Shown here: positions 15,500 to 22,967 of the stretch, piece after piece
Position numbering within the stretch: the first letter of the stretch is position 1
Layout: each line of letters starts with the position of its first letter
Source of the DNA: Pseudomonadota bacterium
Lineage (GTDB): Bacteria > Pseudomonadota > Gammaproteobacteria > Nevskiales > Nevskiaceae
Assembly (NCBI GenBank): GCA_040387055.1
Contig: JAZKEM010000040.1
Location: 6 to 64,005, forward strand
DNA: 64,000 nucleotides
Reading direction: 5' to 3'
Position numbers and translations under genes: made by a program
The notes under the pieces: model-generated
Told to the model about the DNA's origin: nothing
Databases searched by the model: none
Seen by the model: only the letters and a program-made list of their open reading frames with translations

Positions 15500-16530
15500 G
15501 CTGCTTGCTCCACCTTGATGTCTTTAAGGATTTGCTTCTGATCGGTGCTGAAGGTGGATCTGGTTTCAGCCATGGCGACAACTTCGTCGGCTGTTTTCTT
15601 GCCTTCCTTGATCAGCTTTTCCCACATCGGCAGACGGCTTTTGAATTCGTCTTCGGTGTACTGAGGCTTGGCTTCTTCTTTCTTGCTTGTGCCTGCGTCG
15701 GCACCTGCACCGGTGGTGTCGCCATCGCCTTCCGTTTCGGTTAGCGGTTCTGCTTCTGGCTCAATGACGTTGACGAAGTCGCCTTCGATAACTGCGCGCT
15801 TGCCTTGATCAACTGCGTCAGTCACGGCGATAGCCTTGGCCAACTCGACCGACATAGGCAGTGTTTTGCAGATACGGCGAATCATGGTTTTCTTGGCCAT
15901 TTCCTCGTAATCAGTGTCCCAAGGAGTTTCTTTTTTGTAGTCAGCTTCCTTGTTCTTGCTGTTCTTTTTTTCGTTGCGGAGGCGAATTTTTTCGACCTCT
16001 TCAATCGTCATCCAGCCAAACTGGTACGAGCCTTCTTTGAATTGGGCGACGGCGTAGACGCAGATCGGTTCCCCGCGCTCACCGTCGATCTTTGGCTTGT
16101 GCTTCAGTGAAGGATTGACGCCAAGCTCAATCTCAAAGAAGTCTTTGTCGTAGACAATTTCAGCGTTAATGCTAGTAACGTCTCCACCGCGACGTGCGAG
16201 AGAAATCAATCCGCGATAGCCAGGCATGAACTGGCATTCCATTACGCTGTGCCAATCATTGCCGCGCTTGAAACTGCGTTTGAATGGGATGAGATATGCC
16301 TGACCCATCAGTCCCGGCTCTAGGCCCAACTGTGCAGACTGGACGATGGCTGCGATCACTGACATTGGATCGCACTCGGCCAGCTTGGGGGTGGTGCGGA
16401 AGCAGGTGAGGGAGACGCGCAACATGCGGTCTACATCCATGTGCTTCGGCAATGCCAAAGCAATCTGCGACTTCATTTTGTCGAGTAGCAGTGGAAATTC
16501 TTTTGCGTTTGTTGCGAGGTTGTTGCTCAT
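15496..16530 (-). CDS. recT: RecT-family single-strand annealing protein
   Basis: SVIAAIVQSAQLGLEPGLMGQAYLIPF and the following segments match the RecT pattern. ATGA overlap with the exonuclease gene. Confidence 0.9.
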   Translation of the reverse strand: MSNNLATNAKEFPLLLDKMKSQIALALPKHMDVDRMLRVSLTCFRTTPKLAECDPMSVIAAIVQSAQLGLEPGLMGQAYLIPFKRSFKRGNDWHSVMECQFMPGYRGLISLARRGGDVTSINAEIVYDKDFFEIELGVNPSLKHKPKIDGERGEPICVYAVAQFKEGSYQFGWMTIEEVEKIRLRNEKKNSKNKEADYKKETPWDTDYEEMAKKTMIRRICKTLPMSVELAKAIAVTDAVDQGKRAVIEGDFVNVIEPEAEPLTETEGDGDTTGAGADAGTSKKEEAKPQYTEDEFKSRLPMWEKLIKEGKKTADEVVAMAETRSTFSTDQKQILKDIKVEQAA

Positions 16531-16563
16531 TCTTCGGCTCTCTTGAGTGGTGCCAGAAATTGG

Positions 16564-16887
16564 TTAAGCGAGTGCGAGACGGTCGCGGCGCTCTGGGTCG
16601 TGGAGGAACAGCAAGCCGCTGCCGATCTGGGCAAAGCAGGGCTCTGTGCTGCGCATGGCGACGCCCTTGCTGTAGACGGGCAGACCGTTCTTCACTTCAA
16701 CGCCAGCAAGCTCGTAAAGCTCTTTAGCGGCATCGTCGAAAGTGGTGTGCGTGTCGCCGAGGATGTCGTTCTCGTCGTCTACGACGATGTAGTCACCGGG
16801 GCCGATCTTCTTGGAGTTGCGAACGTGGACCGGCAGAACATTGCCAGCGAGTTCGACGCGCATGCCGTTGATCTTGAGGGCGCGCAT
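16564..16887 (-). CDS. Hypothetical protein (107 aa)
   Basis: TAATG coupling to the upstream ORF. No motif recognised. Confidence 0.6.
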   Translation of the reverse strand: MRALKINGMRVELAGNVLPVHVRNSKKIGPGDYIVVDDENDILGDTHTTFDDAAKELYELAGVEVKNGLPVYSKGVAMRSTEPCFAQIGSGLLFLHDPERRDRLALA

Positions 16888-17087
16888 TACAGGCCACCTA
16901 CGAGACGCAAGCGGGTCAGAACGCTGTCTGCCTTCACTTCGATATTCCGGTCGCAGTACACGACTGGCTTAGGTGCGAGGGCGATGTTTTGGGGGTTGGA
17001 TGTTGGGCGGTCTACTGCCATGCGGTACATGGCGCGCTGACGGCGGTTAAAGAGGAAACGACGTACTAGGCTCACTTGGTTCTCCAT
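16887..17087 (-). CDS. First gene of the leftward early operon; small Arg-rich protein (66 aa)
   Basis: It starts ~25 nt downstream of the PL-like -10 element. An N-proximal VRRFLFNRRQRAMYR stretch is arginine-rich. No clear SD sequence. Confidence 0.5.
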   Translation of the reverse strand: MENQVSLVRRFLFNRRQRAMYRMAVDRPTSNPQNIALAPKPVVYCDRNIEVKADSVLTRLRLVGGL

Positions 17088-17091
17088 GGCG

Positions 17092-17156
17092 TTATTAGGT
17101 GCCGGTGAAGAATATTAGGCGCACCTAATAACTAAGTCAATAGGCGCACCTAATAA
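17092..17156 (-). promoter_or_regulatory. OL/PL region: two 20-bp palindromic operators plus a half-site, overlapping a sigma70-type promoter
   Basis: Read on the minus strand: TTATTAGGTGCGCCTA-TTGACT-TAGTTATTAGGTGCGCC-TAATAT. The -35 TTGACT is at 17135..17140, the spacer is 17 bp, and the -10 TAATAT is at 17112..17117. Operators are ATATTAGG-CGCA-CCTAATAA (17112..17131) and TCAATAGG-CGCA-CCTAATAA (17137..17156), with half-site TTATTAGGTGC at 17092..17102. Confidence 0.75.
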
Positions 17157-17221
17157 ATGATTCAAGATCATTCATGGACTTACAGCTATGCTGTTTTTTG
17201 CGCTTGGAGTTAAGGACGACG

Positions 17222-17467
17222 ATGGATTACTACATCATCATGGCCGCCATTGGGGGCGCGCTGGTTGCTGCTGGCTATAACAAGGTAAACAACATTAAAA
17301 GCTTCAGTGAATACGAGCGGGGGCTTCGTAGTGCAGGACTGGATTTTCCTTCAGAAAGCTTTCAGAGTTCCTATGCTTCACACGTCGAAGAAGTGCGTGG
17401 ACAGGGAAAGTTTTTTATAGGACTCGGAGCTTTTATTCTCGTCGTCTGCGTTCTGCATTTTGCCTAG
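17222..17467 (+). CDS. Small two-TM membrane protein (81 aa, start MDYYIIM) in the immunity region
   Basis: AAGGA lies 7 nt upstream of the ATG. Hydrophobic segments are YYIIMAAIGGALVAAGY and FFIGLGAFILVVCVLHF. The patch is AT-richer than its surroundings. Confidence 0.55.
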   Translation: MDYYIIMAAIGGALVAAGYNKVNNIKSFSEYERGLRSAGLDFPSESFQSSYASHVEEVRGQGKFFIGLGAFILVVCVLHFA

Positions 17468-17472
17468 AGAAA

Positions 17473-17565
17473 TTAATTTGTTGCTCTTTCGAATGCCCAA
17501 GCAATTAAAAAATTCAAAGCGAATATTCCAACGCAGGGAATAGCGATGTCTAAGACGGCTTGCAT
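17473..17565 (-). CDS. 30-aa hydrophobic peptide ORF immediately downstream of cI (below ORF-track cutoff)
   Basis: Hand translation gives MQAVLDIAIPCVGIFALNFLIAWAFERATN. The ATG is 2 nt after the cI stop, with AAGG 7 nt upstream inside the cI 3' end. Confidence 0.4.
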   Translation of the reverse strand: MQAVLDIAIPCVGIFALNFLIAWAFERATN

Positions 17566-17567
17566 GG

Positions 17568-18311
17568 TTAAACCTTCACAAAATTAATTGCAATTACCAC
17601 TCTACCGGCCACACGAAATCCTGACCGCAGCGGGTCTTGAATCTCGATGTCTTTAAACTTTTTGTTGTCCGAAATCATTAGGTACGCGTCCTTCTTGCCT
17701 GGCACTCGCTGAAATCGCTTGATGTAGAGTTCATCATTGTTTTCGAGGCAATACACATCATCGACCTTAAGGTCGTACACGCCGCAATCGATTAACAGCG
17801 GATCTCCATCATCAAAAGTTGGTCGCATGGATCCTCCCATGCCCGTGACGATGCAGAGATTTTCTGGTGCCGTGATTTTTACGCCACGTGATCGGCAAAG
17901 TTCAGGGACATTTAGCTCGATGTAGTCGACGATTTGCGCTGAATCTAGAATACGTACACCGTTCCCCATACTGGCCTTTATATCCAGTTTAGGAATGCGG
18001 TAAAAGCCTTCACTTTGCCGCTGATTTGTAATCGCTGCAGCGTTTTTTGTCTGCGGCCCATCGTGATCAGTTTCACCCGAATCTAGCTCGGGCTTTTCAA
18101 GCATTCGCCCACGGCCGTTCGCAAGCCAGTCTGCATTTACTCCGAGTGCGCGAGCTGCGGCAATCGCGGTATTTGCTTTGAGCGACTTCGTTTTTCCGGA
18201 CAGCCAATCGTTGACGGACGGAGGTTTTACTTTGACCAAGCGAGCCAAGTCAGCCTGATCAATATTGGCGTGAGCTAGAGCAGCAGCAACACGTTCAGCG
18301 AGATTTCTCAT
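17568..18311 (-). CDS. cI: CI-like repressor (XRE HTH + S24 LexA-type autopeptidase domain)
   Basis: HTH QADLARLVKVKPPSVNDWLSGKT. S24 motifs GGSMRPT (Ser) and YIKRF (Lys). The start MRNLAERV at 18311 avoids running across the operators. Confidence 0.9.
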   Translation of the reverse strand: MRNLAERVAAALAHANIDQADLARLVKVKPPSVNDWLSGKTKSLKANTAIAAARALGVNADWLANGRGRMLEKPELDSGETDHDGPQTKNAAAITNQRQSEGFYRIPKLDIKASMGNGVRILDSAQIVDYIELNVPELCRSRGVKITAPENLCIVTGMGGSMRPTFDDGDPLLIDCGVYDLKVDDVYCLENNDELYIKRFQRVPGKKDAYLMISDNKKFKDIEIQDPLRSGFRVAGRVVIAINFVKV

Positions 18312-18334
18312 ATTTGTCCAGCCTACGGCGGGGA

Positions 18335-18377
18335 TTATTAGGTGTGCCTTGACTTGTTTATAAGGTGTACCTAATAA
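18335..18377 (+). promoter_or_regulatory. OR/PR region: palindromic operator plus half-operator overlapping a sigma70-type promoter for cro
   Basis: TTATTAGGTGTGCC-TTGACT-TGTTTATAAGGTGTACC-TAATAA. The -35 is at 18349..18354, the spacer is 17 bp, and the -10 is at 18372..18377. Operator TTATAAGG-TGTA-CCTAATAA is at 18358..18377. The architecture is the same as at PL. Confidence 0.75.
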
Positions 18378-18384
18378 TGCGGGC

Positions 18385-18564
18385 ATGACAGACGCAGAAA
18401 TCATTGAACGGCTCGGCGGCACTAACGAAGTTGCACGTCTATGTGAAGTGCGGCCGCCATCAGTATCCGAATGGAAATCAAAGGGAATCCCCAGATCTCG
18501 TCGGATGTATCTGAAGCTCCTGAAGCCAGCGGCATTCAGAAAGCCTCGCAGTAAGGCTGCCTAA
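18385..18564 (+). CDS. cro: Cro/YdaS-like small HTH regulator (59 aa, below ORF-track cutoff)
   Basis: Hand translation gives MTDAEIIERLGGTNEVARLCEVRPPSVSEWKSKGIPRSRRMYLKLLKPAAFRKPRSKAA. It is divergent from cI across the operators, and its ATG is 7 nt after the -10 element with no SD. Confidence 0.7.
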   Translation: MTDAEIIERLGGTNEVARLCEVRPPSVSEWKSKGIPRSRRMYLKLLKPAAFRKPRSKAA

Positions 18565-18625
18565 TGGGCGCCAAAGCGAAGCAAACGATCTCCTCCAGAC
18601 AGTCTCCGCGACTGTCTCGCACTTT

Positions 18626-18654
18626 GCCCGGCCATTCGGTCGGGCTTTCTTTTT
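18626..18654 (+). terminator. Rho-independent terminator downstream of cro (tR1-like position)
   Basis: GCCCGGCC-ATTC-GGTCGGGC forms an 8-bp stem with one G-U, followed by TTTCTTTTT. Confidence 0.65.
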
Positions 18655-18674
18655 CCTGTTTCAAGGTGGCTTGA

Positions 18675-18938
18675 ATGAACAAGAACACTGACTCACCAAC
18701 TGCTTCACCAGAGCCCGCTTTGGAATTTGCATTGGCTGAGACATCGCCGATGGGCAAGTGCAGTTTTGAAACCAAAGTCAGCTTGCCCGAAGAAATCGAC
18801 ACTGACATGCAGATGCTTGCATCGCTGGTTGGTATGACGAAGGCGGCGTACATGCGTGAGGTTTTCATTGAGCACTGCATCGGTAGAGCGGGCATGCATA
18901 AGATGGCAGCTCAGCGCCGCCTACGCAGTGTGAGATGA
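18675..18938 (+). CDS. Hypothetical protein (87 aa; cII position)
   Basis: First ORF after the post-cro terminator. No motif recognised. Confidence 0.5.
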   Translation: MNKNTDSPTASPEPALEFALAETSPMGKCSFETKVSLPEEIDTDMQMLASLVGMTKAAYMREVFIEHCIGRAGMHKMAAQRRLRSVR

Positions 18939-18989
18939 GTCCGGAATGTCTCCCTCACACTTCGTCAATGCTGTAGCGGATCGCTCCTA

Positions 18990-19889
18990 ATGGCTCGTAT
19001 CCGTTCGATCAAACCAGAGTTTCCTCAATCCGAAAGTATGGGAAACGTGAGCCGCGATGCACGGCTACTTTTCATAATGCTTTGGACCCTTTGTGATGAC
19101 GAGGGGAGGACTCGCGGGGATTCGCGAATGCTCGCGAGGACTCTTTACCCCTATGACGATGGCGAAGATGGCAGCGTAAGGACCACTCGTCGTGATGTTG
19201 AAACATGGTTGGACGAGTTGGAGCACGAATGCTGCGTTGAGCGCTATGAAATCGACGGTGCCGACTACATTCAAGTTTGTAACTGGTTGAATCATCAGAA
19301 GATCGATAAACCGACCAAGTCGAAAATATCCCCGCCCGGTGAATCCTCGCGAAGAGTCGCGAGAATTATCGAGGCCTCGTCTACGGAAGGGAAGGGATCT
19401 TCTTTATTGGAGGGGAGTGGAAAGGAAGGGATGGTTGCGCCTGCTGATGCAGCCGCACCGCCGCTTGAGTTTTCGCTTACCGATGATCCGGCCCACGTGG
19501 AACAACGTGGAAAAGTTGCAACCAAAACCGAAACCCGGACGGCTGCAACTTGGGCCGCCTATGCAACCGCCTACCGCGCTGCTTACGGCGTCGACCCCGT
19601 TAGAAACCGAACTGTGAATGCGCAGCTCTCGTCGTTCATTAACCGCGTGGGTGAAGCGGAAGCGCCTGAGATTTCGGCGTTCTACATCAAGCACCCAAGT
19701 GCGTACTACCGCAGTCGCGGGCATAGCGTCGGCTGCTTGCTGCAAGACGCTGAAAAGCTGCGCACAGAGTGGGCGACCAACCGAGTAACCACCACCACAC
19801 AGGCGCGCCAGCAAGAGCGCACCGCATCCAATCCATTCGCAAAGATGGCTGAAGGCATGCCGCAAGGAGAAGACCATGGCGCTGAGTAG
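18990..19889 (+). CDS. Putative replication-initiation/DNA-binding protein (O-like position)
   Basis: N-terminus MARIRSIKPEFPQSE...RLLFIMLWTLCDDEGR is a recurrent prophage motif. Its position after cro/cII is as in lambdoid replication modules. The function is inferred from context. Confidence 0.4.
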   Translation: MARIRSIKPEFPQSESMGNVSRDARLLFIMLWTLCDDEGRTRGDSRMLARTLYPYDDGEDGSVRTTRRDVETWLDELEHECCVERYEIDGADYIQVCNWLNHQKIDKPTKSKISPPGESSRRVARIIEASSTEGKGSSLLEGSGKEGMVAPADAAAPPLEFSLTDDPAHVEQRGKVATKTETRTAATWAAYATAYRAAYGVDPVRNRTVNAQLSSFINRVGEAEAPEISAFYIKHPSAYYRSRGHSVGCLLQDAEKLRTEWATNRVTTTTQARQQERTASNPFAKMAEGMPQGEDHGAE

Positions 19890-20535
19890 GCGAGTAATCG
19901 AAGCTCTTGCAGTCACTGCAGAAATCTGCGGCGGCGAAATCAGTGACGCTGCTGCAAAGGTGATGCTGATGGATCTATCGGCTTACCCAGAGCAAGCCGT
20001 GCTGGCTGCGCTGCAGCGCTTGCGTCGCGAGCACTCAGGCCGACTAGTGTTGGCTGCAATCATCGCGCGCATCGACGATGGCCGCCCTGGTGTTGAAGTG
20101 GCTTGGGCGATGGTGCCACGTACCGAATACGACACTGCAGTGCTCACGCAAGAAGCATTGATTGCCTTGAGCCAAGCGCAACCACTGCTGAACCGTGGCG
20201 ACGAAATCGGCGCACGTATGGCGTTCAAGGAAGCCTACAACTCAGCGATGGTGAAAGCGCGAGCTGAACAGAAGCCTGTGCAATGGCAAGTCAGCTTGGG
20301 CTTTGATGCGCCCGGTCGCCCGGGGCCATTGGCTGAAGCAGTTCGTTACGGGCGTATCTCGATTGCCGAAGCAGAAAACAGCGTGCACGGCGAACACCTT
20401 CGCGAAATGCTCTCGCTTGCTGGCGTGACTAATCACCCGGCACTTGCAGCACCAGAAAGAACCAATGCGCAAATTCTGAAATTCGTACCGCGCAAAGCCA
20501 TCGAAGCAGAAACCCCAAGGCAGGAGACGGCATGA
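19876..20535 (+). CDS. Hypothetical protein (219 aa; P-like position)
   Basis: Overlaps the upstream gene by 14 nt. No NTPase motif seen. Confidence 0.55.
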   Translation: MALSRRVIEALAVTAEICGGEISDAAAKVMLMDLSAYPEQAVLAALQRLRREHSGRLVLAAIIARIDDGRPGVEVAWAMVPRTEYDTAVLTQEALIALSQAQPLLNRGDEIGARMAFKEAYNSAMVKARAEQKPVQWQVSLGFDAPGRPGPLAEAVRYGRISIAEAENSVHGEHLREMLSLAGVTNHPALAAPERTNAQILKFVPRKAIEAETPRQETA

Positions 20536-21179
20536 ACCAAATGATGCAGTTCGATCTTCCGATGTCTTTGCTCCCAACAAAATCAGAAGCACGTAAGCGC
20601 GCTGATGAAGGCATGCAGAAGGCCGGTGACCACGCTGATGAAGAGCATGCTTTCTGGCGCCAAGAAGCTGCACGCTTTGTTTCTCGTTTCGCTGAGACGC
20701 ACGTCGATTTTCTGGCTGAAGATGTGATCAACGCATCACGCGGCATCGTGCCGGCACCACCAGATGGCCGGGCTTGGGGTTGCGTGTTCAAGACTGCAGC
20801 GAAAGACAGCGTGATCGAGAAGATTGGTTATCGCCCAGCCAAGACCTCAAATCTGTCGCCGAAGGTGCTTTGGGGATCTCGCGTGTTGGACCTTCACGCA
20901 GATTTTTCGGAGCTGGAATGGAAAAAGGTGATGTTGAATTACGTCCGCGCATTCACGGCGAACACGAATCAAGATGGGTTCACAACATCCGCTGTCTTCA
21001 ACTACGCCAGAGAAATGGGATTTACGCATCAGCAAACCATGCGGCAGGAGCACTTGGCTTGGATGGTGGATCTTCTGAAGGGTGAAGAATTCGAATTGCA
21101 TGGCGCTATTGGCATCAAGACCGGCGCTACTGGAATCTGGCGCAAAACAGCTTGCAACGCTGAGTGCGTGGAGCGCTGA
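20532..21179 (+). CDS. Hypothetical protein (215 aa)
   Basis: ATGA overlap with the upstream gene. No motif recognised. Confidence 0.6.
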   Translation: MNQMMQFDLPMSLLPTKSEARKRADEGMQKAGDHADEEHAFWRQEAARFVSRFAETHVDFLAEDVINASRGIVPAPPDGRAWGCVFKTAAKDSVIEKIGYRPAKTSNLSPKVLWGSRVLDLHADFSELEWKKVMLNYVRAFTANTNQDGFTTSAVFNYAREMGFTHQQTMRQEHLAWMVDLLKGEEFELHGAIGIKTGATGIWRKTACNAECVER

Positions 21180-21182
21180 GTA

Positions 21183-21401
21183 ATGGCCGCCATACATCCG
21201 GGTACCGGGCACAAGTGCGGCGAGCAACATCACCGCACGCGCTGGAGCAATGAGATTGTCGAAGAGGCGCGCACCATGGACGACGATGGGGTAGGCAGCT
21301 ATCTCACGATCGCACGCAAGCTTTCGGCTAAGTACGGCAAGAAACTGAGCGAAGACACGGTTCGCGATTGGTGTGAATACCGGACGAGGATCGCAGCTTG
21401 A
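21183..21401 (+). CDS. Small HTH-like protein (72 aa), paralogous to the C-terminus of 22542..22964
   Basis: IVEEARTM..G.SYLTIARKLSAKYGKKLSEDTVRDWCEYRTR aligns with MIEDARKMRGNGYFYKEIAAALEKEYGIKVPWITVRDWVNYYYR. Confidence 0.55.
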   Translation: MAAIHPGTGHKCGEQHHRTRWSNEIVEEARTMDDDGVGSYLTIARKLSAKYGKKLSEDTVRDWCEYRTRIAA

Positions 21402-21895
21402 GCGCAAAGCGCAGCGCTGACGCTATCTACGCCAAGGTGATGGAAGATGGATCCTTCGTGGCCGCTGATGACATCAGCGCAAGCCATTTACGACGAAAAA
21501 AAATCCGGCGTCACAGCATTGTTCGATTAGTTGTCAGCCAGCCACGCGACTATCCGAAATGGAAAAAAGCCCACGAGCTGGGCACATACATCGCCAACAA
21601 CCTTGAAGACTTCAGCAAGTTCCAGTTACCCAACAATCGCACCGACAGCCACGGAGCACTGAAGCACCTGCAAGCACTCAGCGGCGTCGAGTGCGAAGAA
21701 TCATTCGTCAAGCTCTCCACTGGCGACAACATGATGATCCGAACGCCACGCAGCCTGGCATTCGATGAAATGGAAGAAGGGCAGTACCAAGCAGCCTATT
21801 CAGGTTTCTGCCAATACCTCATCGACAAATACTGGCACGACCTCACAGAAAACCAGATTGCAAACATGGCGAGCCTCGTGGGGTTAGCGGCATGA
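21398..21895 (+). CDS. DUF1367-like phage protein (putative)
   Basis: Its position directly upstream of ninG and its C-terminal ...F..M.EGQYQAAYSGFCQYLIDKYW pattern are as remembered for DUF1367. This is a low-certainty family call. Confidence 0.35.
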   Translation: MSAKRSADAIYAKVMEDGSFVAADDISASHLRRKKIRRHSIVRLVVSQPRDYPKWKKAHELGTYIANNLEDFSKFQLPNNRTDSHGALKHLQALSGVECEESFVKLSTGDNMMIRTPRSLAFDEMEEGQYQAAYSGFCQYLIDKYWHDLTENQIANMASLVGLAA

Positions 21896-22545
21896 TCAAA
21901 GCGGCAGTCATAAAGCAACGCAAATGCAAAAGCTGCCGGAATCCGTACACGCCTCGGAACAGTATGCAGCCTGTGTGCTTAACCCCGACCTGCATCGTTG
22001 ACTGGCACCGCAAGCAGGAGGCGAAGAAAGTGCGCGCGGTTGGTGTAGCGCAGCGCAAAGCTCGCACGGAGTACCGCCGCGAAACTCGGCGAATGCGTGA
22101 AGCGATCATGGGCCGTGGCGAATGGGTCAAGAAGGTGCAGAAGGATGCCTTCAATCCCTACATCCGTGAACGTGATCGCAATGAACGGTGCATCACCTGT
22201 GATCGCACAAACGAAGAAGTAGCCGGAACCGATGGGTGGAAACCGGGTGGTCTTTGGGATTGCGGCCACTACCTCAGTGTTGGTTCACATCCAAATCTTC
22301 GATTCATTCCAGACAACGCACATAAGCAGTGCAAGTCCTGCAATGGCGGATCGAAGCACTACGCGCTGAAGGGTAGATCGGTAAAAGAAAGCTATGACGT
22401 GAACATCGTTGAGCGCATTGGACAAGCTGCGGTCGATGCGCTCAAGGCTGACAACGATCCACGCAAATACACCATCGAAGAACTGAAGCAGCTCTACGCC
22501 CATTTCACTGGACTGACGCGAGCACTCAAAAAAGGTGAAGCATGA
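21892..22545 (+). CDS. ninG: NinG/Rap-family recombination endonuclease
   Basis: CKSCRNPYTP...CLTPTC, AFNPYIRERDRNERCITC, WDCGHYLSVGSHPNLRFIPDNAHKQCKSCN and VERIGQAAVDAL are colinear with lambda NinG ([60 protein letters not shown]). Confidence 0.9.
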   Translation: MIKAAVIKQRKCKSCRNPYTPRNSMQPVCLTPTCIVDWHRKQEAKKVRAVGVAQRKARTEYRRETRRMREAIMGRGEWVKKVQKDAFNPYIRERDRNERCITCDRTNEEVAGTDGWKPGGLWDCGHYLSVGSHPNLRFIPDNAHKQCKSCNGGSKHYALKGRSVKESYDVNIVERIGQAAVDALKADNDPRKYTIEELKQLYAHFTGLTRALKKGEA

Positions 22546-22964
22546 AAGCTCAGAGAAAAGAGAGCGGGGAGAAGGTCGTAATTAAACGGCAGTTCCTGCA
22601 ACAGCTTCTGCTCAGTGTCAGCGCAAATCCTGCTGCGCTCGCCGACCTCAGCCCTGATCAAGTTCAGTTACTCAAGCAAGCTGTGCTTCGTGCGCGACGC
22701 GGCCTTAAGGAATCTTTGGAGCTGTCTGCAGTGCCACAACTGGCGCTGGAACTGCCGCCGCAGAAGAAGTGGAAGAACCAGAGCCGTTCGACAAGGCGGT
22801 CATGTAAGTATCCGTACAAGATGATCGAAGACGCTCGCAAAATGCGTGGCAACGGCTACTTCTATAAAGAAATAGCCGCTGCACTGGAGAAGGAATACGG
22901 CATCAAAGTGCCTTGGATCACCGTTCGCGATTGGGTCAACTACTACTACCGAGTCATGGGCTAA
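22542..22964 (+). CDS. Hypothetical regulator-like protein (140 aa) in the antiterminator-Q position
   Basis: It is the last gene of the rightward operon, after ninG. Its C-terminal HTH-like module is shared with 21183..21401. Confidence 0.5.
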   Translation: MKAQRKESGEKVVIKRQFLQQLLLSVSANPAALADLSPDQVQLLKQAVLRARRGLKESLELSAVPQLALELPPQKKWKNQSRSTRRSCKYPYKMIEDARKMRGNGYFYKEIAAALEKEYGIKVPWITVRDWVNYYYRVMG

Positions 22965-22967
22965 TCG

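Noticed and set aside
16887-17087. Calling the 66-aa first PL gene an N antiterminator as a feature
   Set aside because: Only its position and an Arg-rich stretch support the call. No nutL-like hairpin was found in its leader, so it is kept as a low-confidence hypothesis only.
18312-18422. Upstream extension of the repressor ORF (17568..18422)
   Set aside because: It would run through the OR operators and PR. The HTH domain starts right after the Met at 18311.
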